From NCBI GenBank assembly GCA_025060395.1, contig JANXCC010000004.1, positions 37,454 to 101,453 of the forward strand: a DNA stretch of 64,000 nucleotides, in the 5' to 3' direction. Made by a program: the position numbers and the translations under genes. Shown piece by piece: positions 28,326 to 37,401 of the stretch. Within the stretch, counting starts at the first letter, position 1, and every line of letters starts with the position of its first letter. The stretch comes from Candidatus Bipolaricaulota bacterium (GTDB lineage Bacteria > Bipolaricaulota > Bipolaricaulia > RBG-16-55-9 > DRXL01). The notes beneath the pieces were generated by a model. The model did no database searches and had not been told where the DNA came from. It saw only the letters and a list, made by a program, of their open reading frames with translations.

Positions 28326-29447
28326 TCACTCCTTCGTGGTGCGTGCTCTCAGGCGAAAGTTTAACGCACCCTCGTTGAGCGCGTCAAATAGTTTGGCAAT
28401 GATCTTCTTGTTTGCAGCTGGGAACGCGTATCTGTGCAAATCCTCGGGGCTGACCCACGTCCAGGCCGTGCATCCACGGCAGCGCGGCTGGCCGCCGGCG
28501 TACCGCCCTTGAAAGACATGAATCGTTACGCGAAAGTGCGAGTAGCTATGACGTACGGTCATAAAGGGCGAAAGCTCGCCCACGTGCACGTTGACCTCTT
28601 CGAGGATCTCGCGACGTACGCAGTCTTCAAGAGATTCATTAGGTTGGCGCTTACCTCCAGGGAACTCCCATAAGCCGCCAAGAAGTCCATCGTTCGGTCT
28701 TCTTGTAATAAGAATCTTATCGTCTCTCCAGATAATCCCCACGGCGACGTCGTAATGGGGTTTCGGGCGAGCCTTGGGGTGCTTGGGAAGCTCATTCTGA
28801 ATCCCAAGCCGGCGTGCCTCGCAAAGTTTCGTGAGCGGACAGATGAGACAGCGCGGCTCATGAGCAAGACAGATCGTCGCTCCCAAGTCCATAAGGGCTT
28901 GGTTGAATAGCCCAGCTTGTCCAGTAGGTAAGAGCGCTCGTGCCAGCTCTTCCAGCTCCGTTTGAGTGTGCACGCGGCGTAGCGCAAAGAGCCGTGGCAA
29001 GACCCGACGCACGTTGGCGTCTACGACGGGTTCGTCTTGTCCAAAGGCGATGCTCAAGACTGCGCCGGCGGTGTAGCGCCCGATGCCAGGGAGCTTTAGG
29101 AGCTTCTCGCGCTCTTGAGGGATTTTTCCGTTGTAGTCGCGCACAATGATCTGCGCAGCTCTGTGGAGATGACGGGCGCGGCTGTAGTAACCTAAGCCTT
29201 CCCACGCTTTGAGCACTTCCTCAAGGGGGGAGCGCGCCAACTCTTCAAGTGTTGGGAATCTCTCGAGAAATCTCTCATAATACTGGCGCACACGCGCGAC
29301 TTGCGTCTGCTGGAGCATTATCTCAGAGACTAAGATCCGATACGGATCTTGCGTTCTGCGCCATGGAAGGTCACGCTGATAACGGCTATACCACTCAAGC
29401 AGAGCTTTTCTAATTTGGGCGAGCTTTTTTTTAGACGGTAGGGGCAT
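28326..29447 (-). CDS. mutY: A/G-specific adenine DNA glycosylase
   Basis: ILVSEIMLQQTQV, GIGRYTAGA, a Cys cluster C..C..C...C and a C-terminal NUDIX-like domain (GGLWEFPGGK). Confidence 0.9.
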   Translation of the reverse strand: MPLPSKKKLAQIRKALLEWYSRYQRDLPWRRTQDPYRILVSEIMLQQTQVARVRQYYERFLERFPTLEELARSPLEEVLKAWEGLGYYSRARHLHRAAQIIVRDYNGKIPQEREKLLKLPGIGRYTAGAVLSIAFGQDEPVVDANVRRVLPRLFALRRVHTQTELEELARALLPTGQAGLFNQALMDLGATICLAHEPRCLICPLTKLCEARRLGIQNELPKHPKARPKPHYDVAVGIIWRDDKILITRRPNDGLLGGLWEFPGGKRQPNESLEDCVRREILEEVNVHVGELSPFMTVRHSYSHFRVTIHVFQGRYAGGQPRCRGCTAWTWVSPEDLHRYAFPAANKKIIAKLFDALNEGALNFRLRARTTKE

Positions 29448-29793
29448 TGAGGATATCGCGTGGGGGCAAGCCCTCCTGCTCGCGGCAGAGCAACTCCCAA
29501 AAGACCTTCATGCGATAGCGTGGCGTATCTTTAAGCATTGCCGCGATCCTCTTGCGCAGCTTCGTCGTCAAATAATAGACCGACTGCAGGGGATTATAGA
29601 GCGAGGGCCAATGCAAATAGACGTACTCTTTACGTATCAGGTCCTCTAGGCCCTCTAAGAGCTCCGAAGCCGGGCGGCCTAAGCGTTGCTCTAGGCGAAG
29701 GACGCTGGCGGCGCCGTCGCGCCAGAGCGATTGGAGAAGCTCGGCTTCTAGCTCGAGCAATTCCTCCTTAGAGAGCTGGGGGATCGTCTCCAT
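29431..29793 (-). CDS. hypothetical protein
   Basis: 120 aa and helical-looking. Overlaps the mutY start by 17 nt. No motif recognised. Confidence 0.45.
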   Translation of the reverse strand: METIPQLSKEELLELEAELLQSLWRDGAASVLRLEQRLGRPASELLEGLEDLIRKEYVYLHWPSLYNPLQSVYYLTTKLRKRIAAMLKDTPRYRMKVFWELLCREQEGLPPRDILNAPTV

Positions 29794-29896
29794 AGTGCTC
29801 CACCTCCAGCACTATAGCGTCACAAGAAGCGTTTGTCAAGGGCCTCCTAGCAGAGCTTGGCTTCTCAGCCTGCGCTCTGAGTATAATCAAGACGCT

Positions 29897-31123
29897 ATGT
29901 TTATTATCAATATTGGGCAGCTAGTTACTCCCCAGGGGAGGCACGCTCTGGGGGGACACACCATGCGCCAGCTCACCGTCATATCTAATGCATATCTTAA
30001 GATCGAGAACGGCACAGTCGCGCAAATCGGCCCGATGCGCGAGCTGCGCACTTGGGGTCTCTCGGAAGCGTTCGACGCTCAGGGGGGCGTCGTGATCCCT
30101 GGTCTGATCGACCCTCATACCCACGCAGTCTTCTACGGCACCCGCGAAGATGAGTTCCTAGCGCGTTGCCAGGGCGCACAGTACGGCAAGGGCATCCTTA
30201 CTACCGTCGAGAGAGTCCGGCAAGCTTCAGCAGACCAAATCCTCCATTTCTCGAAAGATTTTCTCCAAGCGATGCTGCGGCTGGGAACAACGACTGTAGA
30301 GATCAAGAGCGGCTATGGCCTAGATACCGAGAACGAGCTGAAGCTCCTGCGCGTCATCCAAAGGCTGAAAGAGACGATGCCCATCGAGATCGTGCCGACG
30401 TTCTGCGGGGCACACGCTGTGCCTGTCGGTGTCGAGAAATCTCAATATATCGAAGAGATCATTGAGAAGATGCTGCCGCGTGTGCGTGCGGAGGATCTCG
30501 CAGAGTTTGGCGACGTCTTCTGCGAGCAAGGCTTCTTCGAGCTCGACGAGAGCCGCGCTCTTCTCCGGGCAACTCAGCAAGTGGGACTAGGAGTCAAAAT
30601 CCACGCCGATGAGCTGAGTCCCTTGGGCGGGGCCGAACTCGCGGCTGAGCTAGAAGCCGTCTCCGCAGATCATCTGTTGCACATCTCCGAGCGCGGCATA
30701 GAGGCCCTCAGGCGCGCGGGTGTCGTCGCTGTACTCTTGCCAGGAACGGCGTTTTCGCTCAATGTCGAGTACGCCCCTGCTCGGAGGATGATCGACGCTG
30801 GGCTTGCTGTCGCCCTAGGAACAGACTTCAACCCTGGCACGTGTCTCATCTATTCGATGTTCTTCATGATCGCGCTTGCCGTGCTGAAGATGCGAATGAC
30901 CGTTGAAGAAGCCCTCACGGCCGCGACGCTCAACGCAGCGGCAGCGGTTCGTCGTGCTCACATCGCTGGGAGCCTTGAGCCGGGCAAGCGCGCCGATCTT
31001 GTAGTCTTAGATCTTAAGAACTACAAACAGATCCCATATTTTATTGGTCATGAGGGGCACTTTGTGCGCGCGGTGATCGCCCAAGGCCGTCTCGTATATG
31101 ATCGCGACCAAGCTCGTCATTAA
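29897..31123 (+). CDS. hutI: imidazolonepropionase
   Basis: ATG 29897. IDPHTHAVF, IKSGYGLD, HADELS, GTDFNPG. TATAAT 29882..29887 lies 9 nt upstream. Confidence 0.85.
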   Translation: MFIINIGQLVTPQGRHALGGHTMRQLTVISNAYLKIENGTVAQIGPMRELRTWGLSEAFDAQGGVVIPGLIDPHTHAVFYGTREDEFLARCQGAQYGKGILTTVERVRQASADQILHFSKDFLQAMLRLGTTTVEIKSGYGLDTENELKLLRVIQRLKETMPIEIVPTFCGAHAVPVGVEKSQYIEEIIEKMLPRVRAEDLAEFGDVFCEQGFFELDESRALLRATQQVGLGVKIHADELSPLGGAELAAELEAVSADHLLHISERGIEALRRAGVVAVLLPGTAFSLNVEYAPARRMIDAGLAVALGTDFNPGTCLIYSMFFMIALAVLKMRMTVEEALTAATLNAAAAVRRAHIAGSLEPGKRADLVVLDLKNYKQIPYFIGHEGHFVRAVIAQGRLVYDRDQARH

Positions 31124-31970
31124 AGCTTTTGCCAAGATCAATCTGGGCCTACGAGTTCAAGGAAAACGTCCCGACGGCTATCACGAGATCGAGACAGTCT
31201 TCCAGAGCCTTGATCTGAGCGATACGCTCACGCTAGAGCTGAGCGAACTCCCTGGGATTCATCTTGAGATCTCGAGCCCTTGGAGGCTCCCTCACGGACA
31301 AGAGAACCTCGTCTATCGCGGGGCAGCGCTCATACTTGCTCGTGGTAAAGTCACAGATCGGGGAGTGCGTATTCTGCTTGAGAAGCGCATTCCAGTGGGC
31401 GCGGGCTTAGGTGGCGGCTCCAGCGATGCCGCTGCCACGTTAGGAGGGCTCAACGAACTTTTTGGATTAAAACTTAGCAGCGCTGAGCTCCATGAACTGG
31501 CGTTGCAGCTGGGCAGCGACGTGCCGTACTTTTTAGTTGGAGGGCTTTGTCGCGGCCGCGGCCGCGGCGAACTCCTCGAAAAGCTTCCCGAGCGCTTTGC
31601 AGGTTACAGCTTTGTGCTGGCTATGCCTCATAGCACGCTCTCGACGGCAGAGGTCTATCGCCGATACGACGAGTTGTGCAGTCGGGGCTGGCAGCCCTCG
31701 CCGCCACGGCTCTGGAAGAACATAGATTGGGCTAACGATCTCGAGGAGGCCGCGCTTGAGCTCTGCCCGGAGCTGCGCACTCTGCGAGAGCTAATAAAAA
31801 CCCTTCGTCCAGAGCTATGGGGCATGAGCGGCAGCGGGCCAACATATTATGCCGCCTGGGCCTCGTCTGCTCCAGTGCGATCAGCTGCCCAGCTACTAAC
31901 ACAAAAGAACTATGTTATCTATCTGGCTCGGCCGACGCCTCGAGGATATGAGCTTTGCTGTCGCTTGTGA
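31098..31970 (+). CDS. ispE: 4-diphosphocytidyl-2-C-methyl-D-erythritol kinase
   Basis: AFAKINLGLRV..RPDGYHEIETVF and PVGAGLGGGSSDAAA. Confidence 0.88.
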   Translation: MIATKLVIKAFAKINLGLRVQGKRPDGYHEIETVFQSLDLSDTLTLELSELPGIHLEISSPWRLPHGQENLVYRGAALILARGKVTDRGVRILLEKRIPVGAGLGGGSSDAAATLGGLNELFGLKLSSAELHELALQLGSDVPYFLVGGLCRGRGRGELLEKLPERFAGYSFVLAMPHSTLSTAEVYRRYDELCSRGWQPSPPRLWKNIDWANDLEEAALELCPELRTLRELIKTLRPELWGMSGSGPTYYAAWASSAPVRSAAQLLTQKNYVIYLARPTPRGYELCCRL

Positions 31971-31989
31971 CATCGATTAAGATAACTTT

Positions 31990-33675
31990 ATGAATGTCCG
32001 AATCGGCTTAGCGCAGATCAACACGATCGTCGGCGATCTGGAGGGCAATTCTCGAAAAATCTTAGAGTATCTTGAGCGCGCCCGCTCTGAAGACGTTGAT
32101 ATTATCGCATTCCCGGAGCTGACGCTCACCGGCTATCCCCCGGAAGACCTTCTGCTACGCAATGACTTTCTCGAAGCCACGAAGAGAGTACTTCAAGAGC
32201 TCATCCCGCACGTGCGCAATCTCGTCGCCATTGTCGGCTTTGCTGAGTGCGATGGCAATCACAGATATAATGCAGCGGCCGTCATCTGCGATGGACAGCT
32301 TGTTGGGATCTATCGCAAGCAATGCCTGCCCAACTATGGGGTCTTCGACGAGCTGCGCTACTTCCGCCCCGGTGAGCTCCTAGGGGTCTTCAGCGACGGT
32401 CATCTCTCTTTTGGAGTGACAATCTGTGAAGACCTTTGGTGCTCCGACAACCCCATCTCAGCACAAGCGCGCGCGGGAGCCCAGCTCATTATCAATATCT
32501 CTGCATCGCCCTATGAGATCTATAAGCCGGCTCGTCGCGAATCTCTAGTCGCCAAGCACAGTGCCCAAGCACGCGTGGCCCTCGCGTTGTGCAACCTCGT
32601 AGGCGGTCAGGACGAGCTCGTCTTCGATGGCCAGAGCTTGGTCTACGACCAAGCTGGAAGGCTTATCGCGCGAGCCAAGGCATTTGAAGAGGATCTCCTG
32701 ATCGCCGATCTCTCCTTGGTGTCGTCGAGCCGGACCGCTTCATCGAACGCCATCATGGCACTCCCGCGGGCCGTGGGCCGTTATCCCGTTCAGAGAAGAG
32801 CACCCCGCGTCGAGCCACTCCTGCCTGAAGCCCAGGAGATCTATCGCGCCTTGGTGCTCGCGACGAGAGATTACGTACGCAAGAATGGCTTCCACAAAGT
32901 TATCGTTGGGCTGTCGGGAGGGATCGACTCAGCGCTCGTCGCGTGCATTGCCGTTGACGCCCTTGGCCCCGAAAATGTCCTTGGAGTCTTTTTGCCTTCG
33001 CGGTTCACCTCGCAACTCAGTCGTACCAGCGCAATCCAGGTCGCCCGCAACCTCGGGATCGAGCTTGTGGAGATCGACATAGACCCTCTCTACGAGAGCA
33101 CTCTCCGGGCGCTCGCTCCTGTGTTCGGTCAGACTCAATTCGATGTCACCGAGGAGAACGTGCAATCACGCGTACGCGCCGTCGTCTGGATGGCACTGGC
33201 CAACAAGTTCCGAGCGCTCGTGCTGACCGCGGGCAACAAGAGCGAACTCGCCGTCGGCTACGCAACGCTCTACGGCGACATGGCCGGAGGGTTCTGCGTG
33301 CTCAAAGATATTACGAAGACAAGGGTCTATCAGCTGGCCCGCTGGCGTAATACCCAGGCTGAAGTCATCCCTCTGAGTATCTTGGAGCGCGCCCCCACGG
33401 CAGAGTTGCGCCCGCATCAAACCGACGAAGCAGACTTGCCCGCACCGTACCGGGACTTAGATCGCGTACTGGAAGCGTACGTCGAGCGCAACCAGAGCCC
33501 ACGAGAGATTGCCCAGACGTTGCAGCTTGCAGAGAGCGTGGTGCGCGAGATCATCTCGCTCATTCACAAGAGCGAATATAAGCGTCGCCAGGCTCCCGTC
33601 GGGCCGAAGATCACCCCACGGGCTTTTGGACGCGATTGGCGCCAGCCTATCGTCAATTCTTTTGCACCCCCTTAG
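31990..33675 (+). CDS. nadE: glutamine-dependent NAD+ synthetase
   Basis: N-terminal CN-hydrolase domain (FPEL, CEDLW) plus a C-terminal domain with GLSGGIDSA. Confidence 0.92.
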   Translation: MNVRIGLAQINTIVGDLEGNSRKILEYLERARSEDVDIIAFPELTLTGYPPEDLLLRNDFLEATKRVLQELIPHVRNLVAIVGFAECDGNHRYNAAAVICDGQLVGIYRKQCLPNYGVFDELRYFRPGELLGVFSDGHLSFGVTICEDLWCSDNPISAQARAGAQLIINISASPYEIYKPARRESLVAKHSAQARVALALCNLVGGQDELVFDGQSLVYDQAGRLIARAKAFEEDLLIADLSLVSSSRTASSNAIMALPRAVGRYPVQRRAPRVEPLLPEAQEIYRALVLATRDYVRKNGFHKVIVGLSGGIDSALVACIAVDALGPENVLGVFLPSRFTSQLSRTSAIQVARNLGIELVEIDIDPLYESTLRALAPVFGQTQFDVTEENVQSRVRAVVWMALANKFRALVLTAGNKSELAVGYATLYGDMAGGFCVLKDITKTRVYQLARWRNTQAEVIPLSILERAPTAELRPHQTDEADLPAPYRDLDRVLEAYVERNQSPREIAQTLQLAESVVREIISLIHKSEYKRRQAPVGPKITPRAFGRDWRQPIVNSFAPP

Positions 33676-34283
33676 TCCATATAAGACTTCAGCCATGGGG
33701 GAAGCTCTCCTTCACGAGCTACGGGCGGATCTTGGGTGAAATCCAGAAGTGCATAGTTCCTTGGGCTCATCGGCTCGTTGGTAAGCACAATGAGATCCGC
33801 CTGTTCGCTCAATCTATCTAAGACGTCTTCGCGGCGCACGAGATCGAGCTTGATCCCCACCAGGGGGCGGCCGCTCGCTTCATAGAATATTTGATACGAC
33901 TGGCTAGCAGGCATGTGGACTTCGATGGTTCCCGCGCTGCTGACGCACGCCCTAGGAGCCGCTTGTGTTGCGCGCACGATCACCCCGTAGGGCCCGGGCA
34001 AGCACCGTTCAAGCGCTCGGCGCAGCCTTGGAAGAACAGGAGCAACATAGAGCCGAAATTCTGTGATACTACTAATATAGAGGGCCAGGGGGCTTGACAT
34101 CTCTTGACGGAGAGTGCGCACGCGATGGACTAATTGCTGGTTGAACGCATCGCCTCCAACAACATATGAAACATCGCTAGGGAAGATGAGGATCTGGCCC
34201 TCCCTGACCGCCGAGGCGATCTGCTCAAAGGCCTCCTTGGGAAGGCCTCTGCCCATCTGAAATTCGATGATCTGCGCTCGCAT
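33672..34283 (-). CDS. YrdC/Sua5-domain protein (threonylcarbamoyl-AMP synthase family)
   Basis: ATG 34283 with GAGAGGA. GQILIFPSDVSYVVG and SSPLALYI. Confidence 0.75.
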   Translation of the reverse strand: MRAQIIEFQMGRGLPKEAFEQIASAVREGQILIFPSDVSYVVGGDAFNQQLVHRVRTLRQEMSSPLALYISSITEFRLYVAPVLPRLRRALERCLPGPYGVIVRATQAAPRACVSSAGTIEVHMPASQSYQIFYEASGRPLVGIKLDLVRREDVLDRLSEQADLIVLTNEPMSPRNYALLDFTQDPPVAREGELPPWLKSYMD

Positions 34284-34357
34284 GATCCTCTCACCGGGAG
34301 AGAAAGCACGGGTGCTCAACCCTCCCAGGATTATTGTGCGTGCTCCTAGTGCGTTTG

Positions 34358-35248
34358 TCAAGCCTTCTGCAGGGCGCGGAGTTTAGCGCTACGGGCGCGC
34401 GGGTTCTGGGTGGACTCTTCCGGTGAAGGCCGGAGTGGACCCCAGATCTGCGCGGCTCGGCCAGCTTTAAGCTGCGCCCGAAAGAATCTCTTCACTATGC
34501 GATCTTCAAGGGAGTGAAACGAGATGACTACGAAGCGTCCACCTGGAGCCAGACGCTCAAACCCAGCCATCAGGGCTTTTTGGAGGTTCTCCAGCTCGTT
34601 GTTGACGGCGATGCGCAGGGCTTGAAAGACACGTGTTGCCGGATGAATTCGGCTCTTATAGCGCGCAGCTGCCGGGATGCTTTGCTCGACAATTTTCACC
34701 AAGTCTGACGTTGTCTCGATAGGGTTGTTCTGTCGGGCGCGCACGAGATTCTTCGCGATGCGCGCGGCCCAACGCTCTTCGCCATAGTCACGAAAGATTC
34801 TTTCTAGTTCGCGCTCGTCAAGGGAATTGACGAGATCAGCTGCTGTCAGTTCTTGAGTTGGATCGAGGCGCATATCTAACGGACCCGCGAGCCGGAAGCT
34901 CAAGCCACGCTCGGCTGTATCAAGCTGCGTGAGCGAGACCCCTAAATCTAAGAGAATGCCATCGACAGAGTGAATCTTTAGCTCGTCTAAGACCCTATCA
35001 AGGTGAGCAAAGTTCGCGTGGATGAGCTTCACTCGATCTGTAAACTCTTGGAGATGCCTGCGAGCGATCTCGAGGGCGTTGGGATCACAATCTAACCCAA
35101 TCAAGAGTCCGTTCTTCAGGCGCGAGGCGATCGCGTGCGCGTGGCCGCCGCCGCCGACCGTTCCGTCAAGATAAATCCCATCGGGCTTGACAGCTAAAGC
35201 TTCTAAGACTTCGGTGACCATTACCGGCTGATGAGCTCGCGGATTCAT
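34358..35248 (-). CDS. rsmH: 16S rRNA (cytosine1402-N4)-methyltransferase
   Basis: HQPVMVTEVLEAL..DGIYLDGTVGGGGHA and SFHSLEDRIVK. Start chosen at ATG 35248. Confidence 0.9.
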   Translation of the reverse strand: MNPRAHQPVMVTEVLEALAVKPDGIYLDGTVGGGGHAHAIASRLKNGLLIGLDCDPNALEIARRHLQEFTDRVKLIHANFAHLDRVLDELKIHSVDGILLDLGVSLTQLDTAERGLSFRLAGPLDMRLDPTQELTAADLVNSLDERELERIFRDYGEERWAARIAKNLVRARQNNPIETTSDLVKIVEQSIPAAARYKSRIHPATRVFQALRIAVNNELENLQKALMAGFERLAPGGRFVVISFHSLEDRIVKRFFRAQLKAGRAAQIWGPLRPSPEESTQNPRARSAKLRALQKA

Positions 35249-35448
35249 AGTATCCTGATTTATCATACTAGGGTTGCCCACGAACTTCATTTCAGCCTTT
35301 CTCAGCAGCGAGAAGCATGTATGGGCCGAGGCCCAAATTGCGACGCCCAACAATCGCACAGCGGGGGGAGGATCCAAGTTCCAGCCCAGCGGTGCAGATT
35401 ACCCTCTAGGAGTATATAATTTGGCTAATGAAGGGGACGGATGAGCTA

Positions 35449-36335
35449 ATGAAGTATCTTCTGGTAGCAACAACTATCATGGAGGTTTAGGACTAGCTCT
35501 GCTACCATCTAGGAGTGAGGGGACAGTCGGCCAAGAGAGGCCACTTCTCGTGGGGGTGTCTCAAGATTTTCCCACTATACAAGCTGCCGTTGATGCCGTC
35601 GCGGAGTGAGGGACGGTGCTCATCGGTCCGGGGACTTACCAAGAGAGGATTCACATAGCAAAAAGCCTGCGCTTAATAGGAGCCAGCCGAGAGTTAGTGC
35701 TCATCAAAGCTGACAGGGCCATAGATGTAACAAATACGGAGAGGAGGCCCATGCAAGTCAGCCTCTCAGACCTCACGGTAGAGGCCCGGCAGCTCGGCAT
35801 TAGTGTTGGTCTGGGGCTTCCCAGGTGGGCATTCTTGCTGTAGGAAGTCATTTAAATCTTCAGAAGGCAACTATTAGGGAGAACTACATCGGGATCGCCC
35901 CTTACCTAGAGGCCATCTTAAGCGTTCAAGACTCGACCATTAAGGAGAGCAACATAGGTATAGCTGCTATCGTTGGGATTTTGAGAAGCGTCTTTATGGG
36001 AAAACGAGATCAACGCCAATGGAGTGGGGATCTATCTCGGCTACGATTTCTATCAGGAGAACCAAGGGTATTAGGGAAGATCGATCCCTCGACTGATATA
36101 GATGTATCAAAACAAAATTTTTGGGAACTTATATATACTATGGAATGGCTCTCCATCGCAAGGAGTGCGAGGATGAGGTCCTTAGCAAGATCATGGAAGG
36201 ATTCTTACCTTTACACCCGCTAGGATGGGGTGAGGCCTCGTTGGAAGGGACTGTCTTTACGGGATGGAACAACGAGATTCGAGATAATGGTAAGGGTGAC
36301 CTCTGCCCGCCCGACTACTCCTGGCGGGATTTAGG
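35449..36335 (+). pseudogene. decayed parallel beta-helix repeat protein gene
   Basis: Signal-like MKYLLVATTIMEV-stop. A second frame reads ...DFPTIQAAVDAVAE-TGA(35607)-GTVLIGPGTYQERIHIAKSLRLIG. The remaining repeats are split over two further frames (ORFs 35825.. and 36121..). Confidence 0.6.
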
Positions 36336-37401
36336 AAGTAATACCAAGGTCACTCGCGATCACGCCAATCGCCTCATCGAGAGATCGCTGCGCTGTCATT
36401 TGCAAGGTCGTCCGCGCTTGACGCAGACGCTCTTGTAACTCAACTCTTCGAGCAGAAAGCTCTAGAATCTGCTGCACCAGCGCGCCCTCAGTCAGCATAT
36501 CTGAAGTACTCCACCATCGTATGGGATATGCGCAGACTTCTTCAATGCGGCGCAGAAAGCTTTCGATCTTGGGATCGTAGCTGAGGGCGCAGAACGGCAC
36601 CCCACAAAGCAGCGCAAAGACCAGGCTGTGCAGGCGCATTCCCAGCACAACATCTACGCTGCTCAAAGCTTGTAGAAGATCATCAGGGCGATGAACTTCG
36701 GCAACGGGGATAGTGAGAGCAAGTCCTTGCAACACGTCGAGGTCCTGGTCGGCTTGAAACGGCAGGAAGACGAGCTCGAAGTCCTTTGAGAGGGTGCGCA
36801 GCGCGCGCCGGAGCACGGCAATATTTGCAGGGGAGAGCCCCGGACGGAGTGAGAGCCCGAGCTTGGCCCTCTCCCTTGGAAGGGGAGCGTGGTTTGGAGC
36901 GAGGACCAGCACCGCCAAATCCTCTCCAAGTAGAGCACGAACACCGCGCGCCAATGCCCACTCATAACTGAGTCGATCGCGCATCAAGACGAGCTGTGCT
37001 CGTTGGAGTGTCTGAGCAACCCAGCCCCTAGAACGCTGTGAGCGCAACGGCCCAATCCCTTGACCGATCAAATACGTCGGCAGACCATATCGCTGCGCCC
37101 AACGGAGCAGACCTAAATAATACAGTAAAGAGCGAGTACTTGTGGCATCTTGGAGCAAGCCCCCCGGACCAAGAATAAACGCCGACGCTCGCGTGAGGGC
37201 GTGATGGATCTCCCATGGATTCCAGCGATTGATCGAGTCCGTAGAGTGCAGGCGAGCCGTCTGCGGCGGATCATTGGAGAGCACGACGAGCCGTGCATGG
37301 GGCAGTGCATCGCGCAGAGAGCGTATCAATACGGAAAGCGCCGCTTCATCGCCCCAGTTGCCAAAGCCATAATAGCCTGCGATCACAAGCGTCGGCGCCA
37401 T
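36331..37401 (-). CDS. csaB: polysaccharide pyruvyl transferase
   Basis: ATG 37401. MAPTLVIAGYYGFGNWGDEAAL... The track ORF extension to 37773 overlaps the upstream gene. Confidence 0.8.
   Translation of the reverse strand: MAPTLVIAGYYGFGNWGDEAALSVLIRSLRDALPHARLVVLSNDPPQTARLHSTDSINRWNPWEIHHALTRASAFILGPGGLLQDATSTRSLLYYLGLLRWAQRYGLPTYLIGQGIGPLRSQRSRGWVAQTLQRAQLVLMRDRLSYEWALARGVRALLGEDLAVLVLAPNHAPLPRERAKLGLSLRPGLSPANIAVLRRALRTLSKDFELVFLPFQADQDLDVLQGLALTIPVAEVHRPDDLLQALSSVDVVLGMRLHSLVFALLCGVPFCALSYDPKIESFLRRIEEVCAYPIRWWSTSDMLTEGALVQQILELSARRVELQERLRQARTTLQMTAQRSLDEAIGVIASDLGITS

Noticed and set aside
35607-35609. The in-frame TGA in the beta-helix gene as selenocysteine or programmed read-through.
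   Set aside because: The same gene also needs at least three frameshifts and has a TAG after codon 13. Decay is the simpler explanation.
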